A stretch of 63,648 nucleotides of DNA, the filler included, from an uncultured Methanoregulaceae archaeon (lineage in GTDB: Archaea; Halobacteriota; Methanomicrobia; Methanomicrobiales; Methanospirillaceae): NCBI GenBank assembly GCA_964530035.1. It is 7 parts of 7 records of this genome, joined end to end, with 100 filler letters (N's around TTAATTAATTAA, not from the genome) between each part and the next. Parts side by side here need not be neighbours in the genome. Positions count along the whole stretch, not along the records: positions 9,365 to 18,563 come from CAZGXZ010000100.1; positions 18,664 to 27,699 come from CAZGXZ010000102.1; 5 more parts are not named here. One strand, given 5' to 3'. Every line of letters begins with the position of its first letter. The first letter of the stretch is position 1. Both the position numbers and the translations under genes were made by a program. The notes under the pieces were generated by a model. The model was not told the origin of the DNA and searched no databases. It saw only the letters and a program-made list of their open reading frames with translations. Below, piece by piece: positions 9,977-21,012 of this stretch.

Positions 9977-10652
9977 TCAGCGGTTTTCCTTCCAGGCATC
10001 CCACGCCTTGAGCACTTCTGGGCCTTCGACGAAGACAAGCCCTTTGTCGCGTGCATAGCGTTTTGCGTCCTCCTTTGAGAGTGCGTTGCCGGTTTCCGAG
10101 TCGAGCATCTCGCATATGGTGACGGCCGGTGTAATCCCCGCCATATCCGCAAGGGCTATGGAAAGCTCGGTCTGACCATGTCGTTCCGACAGGAGTTTCT
10201 CCGCGGCGATAAGCACGGCGACATGGCCAGGAGAACGGAAGCGGCTTGAAAATGCATGTCCCCCGCCGTTCAGGCTTTTCCTCACCTCGTCAGCTATCCC
10301 CGTGATGGTGAGGGCACGGTCACGGTCGGTTATGCCGGTGAATGTCCCACGGTGGTTTACCCAGAGGGAGAACGAGGATTGGTTCTTAGGGTCGTAGGGG
10401 ATGTCACCTGTTTTTTCTGCGACGGCACACTGCCGGAGGATCTCCCGGGCGAAGGGGAGACCGAGCTTGCGGGCTGCGTCCTGCCTGATGGCTGTGCAGA
10501 TAAGCCCGCCTCCGTCGCGGCGCATTGTCACGACCGTCCCCGGGGTGACCGCGTCTGCCCGGATTGCAAAGTCGGTCTCGCGTTCACGGNNNNNNNNNNT
10601 AGAGTAGGATGAACCTGCCCTCACTGAGGGCGGAGAGTGCTGGAGTTATCAT
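9977..10652 (-). CDS. ribB: 3,4-dihydroxy-2-butanone 4-phosphate synthase (spans a 10-N gap)
   Basis: MITPALSALSEGRFILLY-[gap]-RERETDF, GGLIC, TFTGITDRDRA, FRSPGH, RHGQTE, ICEMLD. ATGA overlap with the ribK stop. Confidence 0.93.
10590..10599. other. Scaffold gap (10 N) inside ribB
   Basis: N run. Frame continuity needs a true length of 9 or 12 nt. Confidence 0.95.
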
Positions 10653-11314
10653 GGTTCCACCTCGACGGTCACCGCATCGTTGTCCTTCAGCCCAAGTTCA
10701 CGTCGCATCGGGACTGGTGCGATTACCTCAATGATGTCATCGGGATAGTGGGAGCGGCCGGGAAGTACAATAGCGCAGGAAACCGTCCCAATCCTACAGG
10801 GGAGAATTTTTACCTCCCCGAATGTCCTGCCATCGGCGACAAACCCGTGGACGGCAATCCATGGAAGGTGGACGATACTCCTCCGGGCCTGCATTCCCTG
10901 TGGTGTAAGTTTCAGGTTGAGTGTGCCGGGATAGGGTTCAAACCCGAGATGGGCCTGGAACTGGTTCCTGTAGGGCGGGAGACTCATGTAATACCCCCCC
11001 TCGCCAAGGCCGGTTACAACCGTCCCCGTAAGCCTGAAAATATTTCCTTTTTTTCCGAAAAGGCGACAATAATCAGCAAATTCCTGGCGCAGGACTTCTA
11101 CACCCTTACCGGTTACCGAGATCTCCTGGCCATCAGCCCTGACCTGGCGAAATATGAAGCCTTGATCTTCCAGGTTCCGGACACGCCTGGAAACGGTCTG
11201 CGGGCTTACCCCGAGCTCAGCCCCGAGTCGCTGAGTCGAGGCCGGAACCGGGGCGTCGCAGCCTCCGAGGAGTGCAATTACCTTGAGACACTGGAGGTCA
11301 TCGGCCGCGAGCAT
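10649..11314 (-). CDS. ribK: CTP-dependent riboflavin kinase with N-terminal wHTH (RbkR-type bifunctional regulator)
   Basis: HTH LGVSPQTVSRR plus GLGEGGYY, PYPGTLN, EVIAP kinase motifs. Coupled to ribB. Confidence 0.93.
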   Translation of the reverse strand: MLAADDLQCLKVIALLGGCDAPVPASTQRLGAELGVSPQTVSRRVRNLEDQGFIFRQVRADGQEISVTGKGVEVLRQEFADYCRLFGKKGNIFRLTGTVVTGLGEGGYYMSLPPYRNQFQAHLGFEPYPGTLNLKLTPQGMQARRSIVHLPWIAVHGFVADGRTFGEVKILPCRIGTVSCAIVLPGRSHYPDDIIEVIAPVPMRRELGLKDNDAVTVEVEP

Positions 11315-11426
11315 GTATCATTATTGGGATGGCTCTTATTTATGGATTGGTAAAGGTCGGTTATACAGCAATTGCCGAATATGGTGTTCGTTAATTTTAT
11401 ACCATCACCCTGCACACGTCTATGGC

Positions 11427-12131
11427 ATGACACCGGGGCTTCGCAACCGGCTCGCTGAAAAAATGGCTGGAGAAATTACTCTTTCCGACAGCCCGGGGCA
11501 GGTCCTGAGAAAATGGCGGACCGGGTTCTCCATTTCCCAGGGCCAGCTCGCCGAGCAGCTGGCGGTGTCACCCTCACTGATCAGCGACTACGAGAGCGGC
11601 CGGAGAAAAAGTCCCGGAACCGTTATCGTAGCCAGAATAGTTGAGAACCTTCTCGCCATCGACGAGTCGAGGGGCGGGAACAACATTCGCAAGTACGGCA
11701 GTCTCCTCGTAACCGGCATCGCAGACGACGTCGTCCTCGACATACACGAGTATGCCGAACCCGTACATCTCACATCATTCATCGGGGCCATCAACGGCGT
11801 CCCTATCTGCGGAAACACCGGCCAGACCATTTACGGCTACACGGTGGTGAACAGCATCAGGGCCATCATGGAGCTTTCTGCCGAGGAGTTTTCACGGATT
11901 TATGGCTGGAGTACCGAGCGGGCGCTGATCTTCACCGAGGTCTCGACAGGGAAATCACCCCTCGTGGCAATACGGGTCACACCTTTCAAACCACGATGCG
12001 TTGTGCTCCAGGGGCTTTCCCGGAAGCAGGTCCACCCGGCGGTCATACCGATGGCAGAGCGGGACAGGATCACGGTGGCCGTCACGGAGCTGGCTGTCGA
12101 CGAGGTTATCACGAATCTTCGGAGTGCATAG
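11427..12131 (+). CDS. Archaeal XRE-HTH transcriptional regulator (COG1709-like)
   Basis: [34 protein letters not shown]-terminal [25 protein letters not shown]. Confidence 0.85.
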   Translation: MTPGLRNRLAEKMAGEITLSDSPGQVLRKWRTGFSISQGQLAEQLAVSPSLISDYESGRRKSPGTVIVARIVENLLAIDESRGGNNIRKYGSLLVTGIADDVVLDIHEYAEPVHLTSFIGAINGVPICGNTGQTIYGYTVVNSIRAIMELSAEEFSRIYGWSTERALIFTEVSTGKSPLVAIRVTPFKPRCVVLQGLSRKQVHPAVIPMAERDRITVAVTELAVDEVITNLRSA

Positions 12132-12133
12132 AA

Positions 12134-13186
12134 GTGGCAGGAATCATCACGTACGGGGTATACATCCCCCGTTTCCGTATCAAGGTCGATGAGATCGCCA
12201 GGGTATGGGGCGGTAACGCCTCCGATATCAGGGGCGGCCTTGGAGTCTTTGAAAAATCAGTACCGGACCTTGACGAGGACGCGGCGACCATAGCCGTGGA
12301 GGCTGCAAGAAACGCCCTCAGGCGGAGGCCCGTCGACCCGGAGCAGATAGGCGCGGTATATGTTGGGAGCGAGTCCCACCCGTATGCCGTCAAGCCGACC
12401 GCGTGTACCGTGGGCGAGGCGATCGGCGCCACCCCGCACATGACGGCTGCCGACTATGAGTTCGCCTGCAAGGCAGGTACAGCAGCAATCCAGACCTGTC
12501 TCGGTCTCGTCAAGAGCTCGATGGTCACCTACGGCGTGGCAATCGGTTCGGACGTGTCCCAGGGTGCTCCTGGGGACGCCCTTGAGTATACGGCAGCTGC
12601 AGGAGGCGCTGCATATGTCCTCGGCCGGGACGACCCCATTGCGGATATCACGGAGACCTGTTCCTTCACGACCGACACCCCTGATTTCTGGCGGCGCGAA
12701 GGGCAGAACTACCCGCGTCACGGGGGCAGGTTCACCGGAGAACCCGGATATTTCAAGCACGTGGAGGGTGCTTCAAGGCTCCTCCTTGAAAAAACAGGGT
12801 CAAGACCGTCGGACTACACCTATGCCGTGTTTCACCAGCCGAACGCCAAGTTCCCCCAAAAAGCCGCAAAGACCCTCGGCTTTACCTCGGACCAGATCAA
12901 GCCCGGGCTCGTGGTGCCACACCTCGGGAACACCTACAGCGGCTCGTCCATGATCGGGCTGGCTGCAACCCTTGACATCGCGAAGCCTGGCGACCGCATA
13001 TTCGTCACCTCGTTCGGTTCAGGGGCAGGGAGCGACTCATTTGACCTTGAGGTAACCGAAGCCATCACCGGCGGGGCCTTTGACAGGGCCAGGGCACCTT
13101 CCGTCGGCGACCTCCTTAAGAATCCAAAATACCTCGATTATGCACAGTACGCAAGACACAAGGGAAAGATCGTGATGCAGAAATGA
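12134..13186 (+). CDS. hmgS: Hydroxymethylglutaryl-CoA synthase
   Basis: [42 protein letters not shown] start. Confidence 0.96.
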   Translation: MAGIITYGVYIPRFRIKVDEIARVWGGNASDIRGGLGVFEKSVPDLDEDAATIAVEAARNALRRRPVDPEQIGAVYVGSESHPYAVKPTACTVGEAIGATPHMTAADYEFACKAGTAAIQTCLGLVKSSMVTYGVAIGSDVSQGAPGDALEYTAAAGGAAYVLGRDDPIADITETCSFTTDTPDFWRREGQNYPRHGGRFTGEPGYFKHVEGASRLLLEKTGSRPSDYTYAVFHQPNAKFPQKAAKTLGFTSDQIKPGLVVPHLGNTYSGSSMIGLAATLDIAKPGDRIFVTSFGSGAGSDSFDLEVTEAITGGAFDRARAPSVGDLLKNPKYLDYAQYARHKGKIVMQK

Positions 13187-14346
13187 GAGATGTTGCAGTG
13201 ATTGGGATAGGGTGCACCCACTTCGGCGAAAAGTGGGAGTCATCGTTCCGTGACCTCTTCATCGAGGCCGGGGCCCGGGCCCTCGAAGACGCAAACCTGG
13301 CCGGGGAGCAGATCGACGCAATGTACGTCGGCAACATGAGCGCCGGGCGTTTTATCGAACAGGAACACATCGGTGCACTCATCGCAGATTACGCCGGAAT
13401 GGCAACGCATCACATCCCTTCAACCCGGGTAGAGGCGGCGTGTTCCTCAGGAGGACTCGCATTCCGCCAGGCTGTCCTGACGGTCGCCAGCGGGTACGCG
13501 GATATCGTGGTCGCGGCCGGGGTCGAGAAGATGACGGACGTCGAGCCCGGTGCGAGCACCGACGCCCTTACGGGTGCAGCCGACCGCGAGTGGGAGGGGT
13601 TCATGGGAGCGACCTTCCCCGGCCTCTACGCCATGATAGCCCGTGATTACATGCACCGCTACCCTCTCAGCAGGGAGCAGCTGGCGATGGTCCCGGTCAA
13701 GAACCACTACAACGGCGCACGCAACCCGATTGCACAGTTCCGGTCGGAGATTACCCTTGATACGGTTTTGAAGTCAACGATGGTCGCCGATCCCCTCCGG
13801 CTGTTTGACTGCTCGCCGATCACCGACGGTGCCGCTGCGGTCATCGTCGCTCCGCTTGACCGGGCACGGGAGTTTACCGACACGCCGGTGAAGGTGCTAG
13901 CAACAGCGCAGGCGAGCGATACGATCTCGCTGCACGACCGCCGTGACATCTCAACCCTGGACGCGACGGTGGCTGCGGGCAGGAGGGCATTTAAAATGGC
14001 AAAACTCTCCCACAATGATATCCAGTTCGTCGAAGTCCATGATTGCTTCTCGATCGCCGAGATCTGCGCCATTGAGGACCTCGGGTTCTGTAAAAAGGGA
14101 GAGGCCGGGAGACTGACCGAGGAAGGCCAGACGGCAATAGGCGGTACTATCCCTGTCAACACGAGTGGCGGCCTGAAGGCATGCGGGCACCCTGTCGGTG
14201 CGACCGGTATCAAACAGGTCTGCGAGGCGGTCCAGCAGCTCCGCGGGGAGGCAGGAAAGCGGCAGGTAGACGGCGCACGGTACGGCATGACCCACAATGT
14301 CGGAGGGACCGGTGCCACGGTCGCCGTCCACATATTCGGAGTGTGA
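13183..14346 (+). CDS. Acetoacetyl-CoA thiolase (archaeal)
   Basis: [32 protein letters not shown] overlap with hmgS. Confidence 0.95.
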   Translation: MRDVAVIGIGCTHFGEKWESSFRDLFIEAGARALEDANLAGEQIDAMYVGNMSAGRFIEQEHIGALIADYAGMATHHIPSTRVEAACSSGGLAFRQAVLTVASGYADIVVAAGVEKMTDVEPGASTDALTGAADREWEGFMGATFPGLYAMIARDYMHRYPLSREQLAMVPVKNHYNGARNPIAQFRSEITLDTVLKSTMVADPLRLFDCSPITDGAAAVIVAPLDRAREFTDTPVKVLATAQASDTISLHDRRDISTLDATVAAGRRAFKMAKLSHNDIQFVEVHDCFSIAEICAIEDLGFCKKGEAGRLTEEGQTAIGGTIPVNTSGGLKACGHPVGATGIKQVCEAVQQLRGEAGKRQVDGARYGMTHNVGGTGATVAVHIFGV

Positions 14347-14352
14347 GAAGAG

Positions 14353-14742
14353 ATGTCAGTCGCACGTTTCTGGAGAAAAATACCCCAGCGGTACAACCTG
14401 GAGGGGACAAGGTGCGCGACCTGCGGGAGGCATTTCTACCCGCCGCGTACGTTCTGCCCTGATTGTCGCAGGGATGGAAAGATTATAAGTCACCGGTTTT
14501 CAGGGACCGGGACAGTGATTACCTGGACCGTCATCCACAACGGGAATGACCAGTATGATTACCTGGCCCCATACCCCATTGCCATCGTCCAGCTTGACGA
14601 GGGGCCGCGGCTCACCGCCCCGCTCGCCTGTGACCCGGACGCAGTGTCAATCGGCATGAAAGTCAGGTCAGTGTTCAGGCGGATGGGCGCAGACGGGGAG
14701 AGCGGTCCTATCCACTATGGAACGAAGTTCGTCCCCCTGTAA
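14353..14742 (+). CDS. DUF35 Zn-ribbon/OB-fold scaffold subunit of the thiolase-HMGS complex
   Basis: CATC..CPDC ribbon, IHYGTKF C-terminus. Canonical third gene of this operon. Confidence 0.93.
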   Translation: MSVARFWRKIPQRYNLEGTRCATCGRHFYPPRTFCPDCRRDGKIISHRFSGTGTVITWTVIHNGNDQYDYLAPYPIAIVQLDEGPRLTAPLACDPDAVSIGMKVRSVFRRMGADGESGPIHYGTKFVPL

Positions 14743-14852
14743 CCTCCTCCCAGGGCTGATACTCGTACCCCGGTCAAATCCGGGGTGATTTTTTTGGATT
14801 TTTTGTCGGTTCTCCCGGACACATACGCTTAAGAGGCAGCCAGGCAATCGGG

Positions 14853-15770
14853 TCAATCCTGTCCCACCACGATTTCGTAGACCGCATGGTGTTTTCCGGG
14901 TGAATACGACCTGACAAACCGCTCTCTGACCGACGCTGCCGGCAGACGGTCCAGGGCCGGGATGAACTCGTGCTCTTCCGACTGGAGTACGTACCAGTAT
15001 ATCGTGCCTCCTTCCCGGCACAAGGAGAACGCTACAGGGAGGAAACGGCGGGAATCGAGGGGGAGGTTCATGACCACCCTGTCGAAGATGCGTGGCAGGA
15101 GGTTCGGGAGGTGGTCTGCATCGGCGAAGAACGGGACCACGTTTTGGACACGGTTCGCAGCACAGTTCCTTCTCATGAGGGTGACTGCAGCGGGGTTCAG
15201 GTCTGAAGCGACCACGATTGCAGCTTTTTCTGCCAGGCTCACCGCGAACGGACCGACACCGGCGAACATGTCAAGTACATGGTCACCAGCCCGGACCTCG
15301 GCTGCAAGCCGCTGGCGCTCCGTGGCGAGACGGGCGGAGAAATAGGCCTCGGAAAGGTCAACCTCGAAGATATGGTGGTGCTCGGTGACGGTGGTCGAGG
15401 TCACCGGCTTCCCTGCAAGCACTCTGAAGCTGCGGATGCGGAGCGTCCCGCTCACCTCGCTCTCCGGGAACAGGACGGTATGGATCGATGGCCGTGACTT
15501 TAAGATCAGCCCTGCTTTTTCATGGGACTCCTCACGCAGGATGGCGATCCCACCCACGAGCTCGTGCCTTGGCAGCTCCTCCCGCGGGGGCCGGCGGGTG
15601 AACAGGTACCGCTCGGCTCCCTGGACCTCTTCAATCACCGGAAAGATGATGTCCCCTCCGTCACGGGCCGGCCGCGCCGAAGGGTCGAGGATACCGGCGT
15701 CCCGGAGCCTCCTCCTGGCTTCCTCGGCACCTCCTGATGAAACCCGTACTCCCCAGGCCTCTATCTCCAC
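14853..15770 (-). CDS. trm5: Trm5/Met-10+ family tRNA (guanine-37) SAM-dependent methyltransferase
   Basis: YFSARLATERQR, VLDMFAGVGPF, DLNP, DRVVMNLP. GTG start assumed. Confidence 0.85.
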   Translation of the reverse strand: MEIEAWGVRVSSGGAEEARRRLRDAGILDPSARPARDGGDIIFPVIEEVQGAERYLFTRRPPREELPRHELVGGIAILREESHEKAGLILKSRPSIHTVLFPESEVSGTLRIRSFRVLAGKPVTSTTVTEHHHIFEVDLSEAYFSARLATERQRLAAEVRAGDHVLDMFAGVGPFAVSLAEKAAIVVASDLNPAAVTLMRRNCAANRVQNVVPFFADADHLPNLLPRIFDRVVMNLPLDSRRFLPVAFSLCREGGTIYWYVLQSEEHEFIPALDRLPAASVRERFVRSYSPGKHHAVYEIVVGQD

Positions 15771-15816
15771 GCCTGACCCACCTTCTATCTGGTCTGCAGT
15801 CCCATACACCTATACC

Positions 15817-17031
15817 ATGGATGATTATCTTGAGAGGCTAAAAAACGGGTCGCTGAAACTGTACGCCCTCGAGAAGGAACTTCCTCCTGCCGAGGCGGTC
15901 ACGCTCCGGCGCCGTTACATCGAGGACATCACCGGGACACCCCTTCCCTCAATAGGTTCCTCAACCCTCCCTGTCGATGCTGCTGCACGGAAGAACTGTG
16001 AAAACATGATAGGGATGGTCCAGGTCCCGGTGGGTGTCGCAGGGCCCCTCCTGGTCAGGGGAGAATCTGCAGAGGGTGAATACTATCTCCCCCTTGCCAC
16101 GACAGAGGGCGCCCTTGTGGCCTCGGTAAACCGGGGCTGTTCAGCCATCTCGAAGGCGGGCGGAGCTGAAACAAGGATATTCCAGGACGCCATGACGAGG
16201 GCCCCGGCCTTTGCCACAGACAGTGTCGTCCACGCGAAGGAGGTGGCGGACTGGGTCGCGGCCAACAACGAAGCCATACGGGGCGCCGCTGAGTCAACCA
16301 CCTCCCACGGCAGGCTGACCGGGATCATGACCAGCGTCGCAGGGACCAGCCTGTATGTAAGGCTTGCATTCGACTCCAAGGACGCAATGGGGATGAACAT
16401 GGTCACCATCGCGAGCGAGCGGGTCGCCGCCCTGATCATGGAGAAGACCGGCGCCAGGCTCATCGCCCTCTCAGGCAACCTCTGCACCGACAAGAAACCG
16501 GCCGCAGTGAACGTCGTTCTCGGGCGGGGCAGGACCGTCGCCGCAGGGATATTCCTCCCTGACACCCTGATCCATGACGTGCTCAAGACCACTGCGGCAG
16601 CGCTCGCGGAAGTGAACCAGCGGAAAAACCTTGTCGGCTCGGCCCGTGCGGGTTCTCTTGGCTTCAACGCCCACGCGGCCAATATCGTTGCCGCACTCTT
16701 CATCGCGTGTGGGCAGGACCCGGCGCACGTGGTCGAGGGGAGCTCCTGCATCACCACGGTCGACCTTGCTGCCGGAGGAGCGTACGTCGCCGTCACCCTG
16801 CCCGCACTCCCTGCCGGGACGGTCGGTGGAGGTACTGGTCTCCCGACGCAGTCCGAGTGCCTCCGGCTCCTCAGGGTTTCAGGAGGCGGAGACCCGCCAG
16901 GGTCCCATGCACGTGCTTTCGCTGAGATTGTTGCAGCAGGAGTCCTGGCCGGTGAACTGTCCCTGGTCGCGGCCCTTGCAGCAGGACACCTTGCCCGTGC
17001 ACACAAGGAGCTCGGCAGAGGACAGCGTTAA
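15817..17031 (+). CDS. hmgA: HMG-CoA reductase (NADPH, class I)
   Basis: NCENMIG, PLATTEGALVAS, DAMGMNM, GTVGGGT, catalytic AH. Start at MDDYLERL. Confidence 0.97.
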   Translation: MDDYLERLKNGSLKLYALEKELPPAEAVTLRRRYIEDITGTPLPSIGSSTLPVDAAARKNCENMIGMVQVPVGVAGPLLVRGESAEGEYYLPLATTEGALVASVNRGCSAISKAGGAETRIFQDAMTRAPAFATDSVVHAKEVADWVAANNEAIRGAAESTTSHGRLTGIMTSVAGTSLYVRLAFDSKDAMGMNMVTIASERVAALIMEKTGARLIALSGNLCTDKKPAAVNVVLGRGRTVAAGIFLPDTLIHDVLKTTAAALAEVNQRKNLVGSARAGSLGFNAHAANIVAALFIACGQDPAHVVEGSSCITTVDLAAGGAYVAVTLPALPAGTVGGGTGLPTQSECLRLLRVSGGGDPPGSHARAFAEIVAAGVLAGELSLVAALAAGHLARAHKELGRGQR

Positions 17032-17486
17032 AACCGGAACCACTTCATCATGACATGGGCGTCTTCGCCATTGGAGTAATAACAGTCTATGGTGAAGACC
17101 TGCCTGTACCCGAGCCGCCGGTAAAAGGCCTGTGCAACCGTGTTCGAAGCCCTGACCTCGAGCTGGACGCCCGAAGCGAGCATGAGCATGAACTGGTGTT
17201 CGACCCGGGACAGGAGCGCCGAGCCGATACCAAGCCTCCGGTAGGCATTGTCAACGGCGAAGTTGCAGATATGGCCGTAAACCAGCTCCCCTGTGTCCTC
17301 GATTCCCCCGATCAGGAACCCTGCCAGGCGCATCCCGGCCTGGGCGATGAAAAACGTTTCAGGGAAGTATTCAAGCGTCTCTTCGAGAACCTTAGGCGTC
17401 CACGGGTCAGCGAACGACTGGCTCTCGATGGCTGCAACGGCAGCAAGGTCTGACCTCCGCGCCCGCCTGATGGTGATGCCGTCCAT
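17028..17486 (-). CDS. rimI: RimI-like GNAT N-acetyltransferase
   Basis: GHICNFAV..YRRLGIG, LEVRASN..AQAFY, YYSNGEDA. Confidence 0.88.
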   Translation of the reverse strand: MDGITIRRARRSDLAAVAAIESQSFADPWTPKVLEETLEYFPETFFIAQAGMRLAGFLIGGIEDTGELVYGHICNFAVDNAYRRLGIGSALLSRVEHQFMLMLASGVQLEVRASNTVAQAFYRRLGYRQVFTIDCYYSNGEDAHVMMKWFRF

Positions 17487-17567
17487 CGTGGTTGTCCCTT
17501 TCACATTTGTCACTGGACTAATATAGTGTCAGTGAAAAAGGATCATGGACAGGAGCAGCTTCCAGCC

Positions 17568-18563
17568 ATGGTACAGGTACACCGGTTTGCCGCAGTACGT
17601 CCAAAAAGGGACCTCGCCGGGGCGGTAGCCGCCGTTCCGTACGATGTCGTGACAACCAGGGAGGCGCAGGAGGCGATAGCGTCAAACCCCCTGAGCTTCC
17701 TGCGAATAAGCCGTTCCGATGCCCTCCTTCCCGATATTCCGCCCCAGGACAACCGGGTCTACGCGCGCGCTCATGCGGAGTTCCAGGCGATGCAGGACAA
17801 TGGCGTCCTCTACCGGGAAGAAAAGCCTCTCATGTACCTCTATCGTGTCACCTCCGGAAAAGAACGATTTTGTGGCCTTTGCTGCTGCGTGGATGCCGCG
17901 GATTACCGGGAGAACCATATCCGGCGGCATGAACTAACCCGGTATGACAAGGAGGAGGACAGGACACGGCATATCGGGGAGGTCCGCTCGCACAACGGGC
18001 AGGTGGTCCTTCTCTACCCTGACCACGAGGACCTGTATGCCTACCTTGACGGACTGTTCCCACCCGGCTCCACCCCGGACTGCGAGGTCAAAAACGGCCA
18101 TGGTTCGGTCCACGAGGTCTTCACCATCAGGGACGAGGCCGCCCTGAAATGGATCGAGGAGTCTTTTTCTAAAATCCCCGACCTCTACATAGCAGACGGC
18201 CATCACCGGGCGAAGTCTTCGGTCAATGTCGCCGACCGCATGAAGTCTGCCGGTACCTGCCCTGTTGAGGCCGGCCGGTTCATGGCGGTTGTCTTCGGAT
18301 CGGCCCATGTCAGGATCCACGGGTACAGCCGCCTCCTCGCCGACCTCGGCGGCAGGACACCGGCAGAATTCCTGGGGGAGCTGAAGCGGTCGTTCTCAGT
18401 CCGTACCTATGGTCCCGTTGACGGCTCTTCGTTCCAGGTCATGCCGGCAGGTGACCAGTCCGCCAACCATGTCTTCCACCTCTACCTTGCCGGCACCTGG
18501 TATGAGATCTCAACGCCCCGCCTCCCGGGACGGGGAGTCATCGAATCACTTGATGTCTCGATA
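17568..18563 (+). CDS. DUF1015 family protein (3' truncated)
   Basis: VPYDVV, NPLSFLRI, IRRHELT..KEEDR, LYIADGHHR. Confidence 0.88.
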
Positions 18564-18663
18564 NNNNNNNNNNNNNNNNNNNNNNNNNNNNNNNNNNNNN
18601 NNNNNNNTTAATTAATTAANNNNNNNNNNNNNNNNNNNNNNNNNNNNNNNNNNNNNNNNNNNN
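18564..18663. other. Artificial contig linker
   Basis: N44-TTAATTAATTAA-N44. Confidence 0.99.
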
Positions 18664-19216
18664 GGAACTCAGATACCTCAAGCACAGCCAGGTCCTTGCA
18701 CTCCTGGCCTCCGTCCCTTTGGAACGGGACCGGTTGATTATCAGGACCATCTATGCCACGGGTCTCAGGGTGTCCGAACTGTGCGCCCTGAAAATAGAGG
18801 ATATTGATTTTGACGAGCAGACCATACGGGTGCTCGGAAAAGGCGGGAAGATCAGGACCGTTTTTGTCGATACCGAGACACTCAGCGAAATAGAATCCTT
18901 TGTCCAGGGCCGTGTCCAGGGACCGGTATTCCCCGGCAGCAAGGGCAAGGCCATCTCGCCGAGGACCGTCCAGCTGATCTTCAGGGAACATGCCCCTGAG
19001 GGGATCACCCCCCATAAAATCCGGCACAGCTATGCGAGCGAGCTGTACCGCAGGTCCAGGAACCTGCGTGTCGTCCAGGAAAACCTTGGTCATACCTCCA
19101 TACGGACGACCGAGATCTACCTGCACACGGATCTTGAAGAACGGAAGCGTGTGTACCAGGAATTTTTCCCTCTCACCGAGGAAAAGGTGGGCGATAAACC
19201 ACATGATGCTATATAA
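18664..19216 (+). CDS. xerA: Tyrosine recombinase, XerA-like (5' truncated)
   Basis: Catalytic residues present in TGLRVSEL, GKGGK, HKIRHS, LGH, TEIY. Frame open from the contig start. Confidence 0.85.
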
Positions 19217-19622
19217 TAAAAAGGCATAGGTGACCCCCAAAAATCCTCATGATCAACTGCCTTTTGTGGATCAGGGGCGGCTTGTGTGAGATCCCTGAGC
19301 TACATTTTTAAGGATAAAAAAAACGCCGATACGGCTCCCTTTTTCAAAAACAGGAATATTTTTGTTATTTTTTGATTTGGACTTCATCCACTCGGTTTCA
19401 CCCCTGAAGAGTACTATGGCACAAGGGTGCACGGACCCTTTTCCGATCCAGAATCGCTACCCGAGATCGTCCTGTGGAAAATGGAACGCCCTGACCCGGA
19501 TGAGGGAAGGGGCCATGGAAGGTCGGATCATCCGGAAACGTCCCGGTTTTTCCTGAAACGTGAAGAAAATGTTATCTCCTTTTATTTCCAACCTGTTACG
19601 ATTTACAGTACGGTGGATATCC

Positions 19623-20414
19623 ATGAAATTCACATTTCTTCCCGTTTTCATCATCCTGATATGTGTCACCCTCCTGGTGGCAGGGTGCACCCAGCAGGCT
19701 GAAAACCCTGCCACACCTGCGCCAACAACGAAACCTGTCACAACGGTAAAACCGGTGTCAGAAACCGTCAAGGTCATGACCAACGGCTCAGTTGGATCTT
19801 TCCTCACGGATTCAGACGGTATCACCCTTTACTTCTATGCAAAGGACACGAAAGGCAATGGTACGAGTGCATGTACCGGTACCTGTGCAGGACTCTGGCC
19901 GGCCTTCTACGAGGAAAATATCGTGGTAAAGGGGCCTCTCGATTCGTCAGACTTCGATACCATCACCCGTGAGGACGGGTCAAAACAGACAACATTCAAG
20001 GGACTGCCCCTCTACCTCTACCTGAGGGACTTTGAGAAGGGAGACATGCTCGGCCAGGGTGTGAACGGCATGTGGGTCGTTGCTGACGTCGACGGCGTTG
20101 TCGAGGTGCCGACCCCCACGCTGACCCCCAAAAAGACTGTTACCCCGACGAAAACCGCAACCACGACCGTCACCGCCACGGGAACGGTCACCGTGACGGT
20201 CACGGAGACCCCTGAAGAAACCGAAACTCCCGAGGAAACGGAAACCCCTGCCGTGACCACGACGGTCAGGAAAACGCAGACTCCCACAAAGACCGTGACT
20301 GCGACCAAAGCCGCCACGACGACGGTGACTCAGACGGTGACAACGGTCAAGGCTGCCACGACCGCGACAAAGACAACGACCGGAACGACACCGACAAAGA
20401 GCAGCACGAGCTGA
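19623..20414 (+). CDS. Secreted lipoprotein (COG4315/Lipoprotein_15 repeat) with Thr-rich tail
   Basis: Lipobox LVAGC; GITLYFY..D..CTGTCAGLWP..REDGSKQTTFKGLPLY; about 100-aa Thr/Pro tail. Confidence 0.85.
   Translation: MKFTFLPVFIILICVTLLVAGCTQQAENPATPAPTTKPVTTVKPVSETVKVMTNGSVGSFLTDSDGITLYFYAKDTKGNGTSACTGTCAGLWPAFYEENIVVKGPLDSSDFDTITREDGSKQTTFKGLPLYLYLRDFEKGDMLGQGVNGMWVVADVDGVVEVPTPTLTPKKTVTPTKTATTTVTATGTVTVTVTETPEETETPEETETPAVTTTVRKTQTPTKTVTATKAATTTVTQTVTTVKAATTATKTTTGTTPTKSSTS
20205..20250 (+). repeat. Coding tandem repeat (ETPEET)x2.5
   Basis: Imperfect 18-nt tandem units in the lipoprotein tail. Confidence 0.7.
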
Positions 20415-20501
20415 CGGTTATGTTGGGAAACCAACAGGCGTTTCTTTTTTTTGGAAAAAACATGTCCTTTAAAGAGGTCCACCCGGACCCCGGGACCAGT
20501 C

Positions 20502-20834
20502 TTAGCTCGCTATTGCCGCTACTGCCTCTTCTGATGACTTATAGATACTGAATATCTGGGAAAAACCAGCAATATCGAATACTTCTTTCACTTTTGGACG
20601 TATCGCACTGATCGCAAATTTCCCCCCCTGCCTCTGGATGGTTTTCGCCGTCGAAAGAAGGACCCGCAACCCGGCGCTTGCCACATAGTCCGTGTCCTTC
20701 ATATCACACACCACGTTCTGGACCCCGCTCCCGAGGATCTTTTTTAATTCCGTCTCTACCGACGCGGCTGACTCGCTGTCAAACCGCGGCACTATTGAAA
20801 CAATGGTGACATTCCCAACGATATTTTGCTCCAT
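20502..20834 (-). CDS. STAS domain anti-anti-sigma-like protein
   Basis: PRFDS, DYVASAGLRVLL (phospho-Ser motif), EVFDIAGF. Confidence 0.92.
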   Translation of the reverse strand: MEQNIVGNVTIVSIVPRFDSESAASVETELKKILGSGVQNVVCDMKDTDYVASAGLRVLLSTAKTIQRQGGKFAISAIRPKVKEVFDIAGFSQIFSIYKSSEEAVAAIAS

Positions 20835-21012
20835 GGTATTCTTTCCTGTTTAGCAACCCTGGTATGCAGCATATAGTCCCGGACTACTTAAGCAATATCC
20901 TGTGCCAGTCCATGGCCAGGCGGAAGCGGATACTCATGTATGATTTCACCCGGTCCTGGAATAATTGACATCGTATTAATATCCCTGAGATAAAAGGTAA
21001 CCGGAGGACAAC

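Noticed and set aside
10590..10652. Apparent frameshift at the ribB 5' end
   Set aside because: Caused by a 10-N placeholder gap. Both sides translate as RibB, so this is not a pseudogene or programmed frameshift.
11315..11331. Possible RbkR operator just upstream of ribK
   Set aside because: The dyad symmetry (GTATCA-TTAT-TGGGAT) is too weak to call without a matrix.
15385..15816. 144-aa N-terminal extension of HMG-CoA reductase; similar extensions on hmgS, dinB, ArsR and the permease
   Set aside because: Most overlap neighbouring genes, and family-typical starts lie downstream.
18664..19216. Tyrosine recombinase as marker of an integrated element
   Set aside because: XerA-like, with no att/tRNA, viral or plasmid genes on the contig and no convincing dif site nearby.
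19217..19622. Several short hairpins after xerA as a possible ncRNA
   Set aside because: Stems of 6-8 bp only, no recognisable family motif and no second copy.
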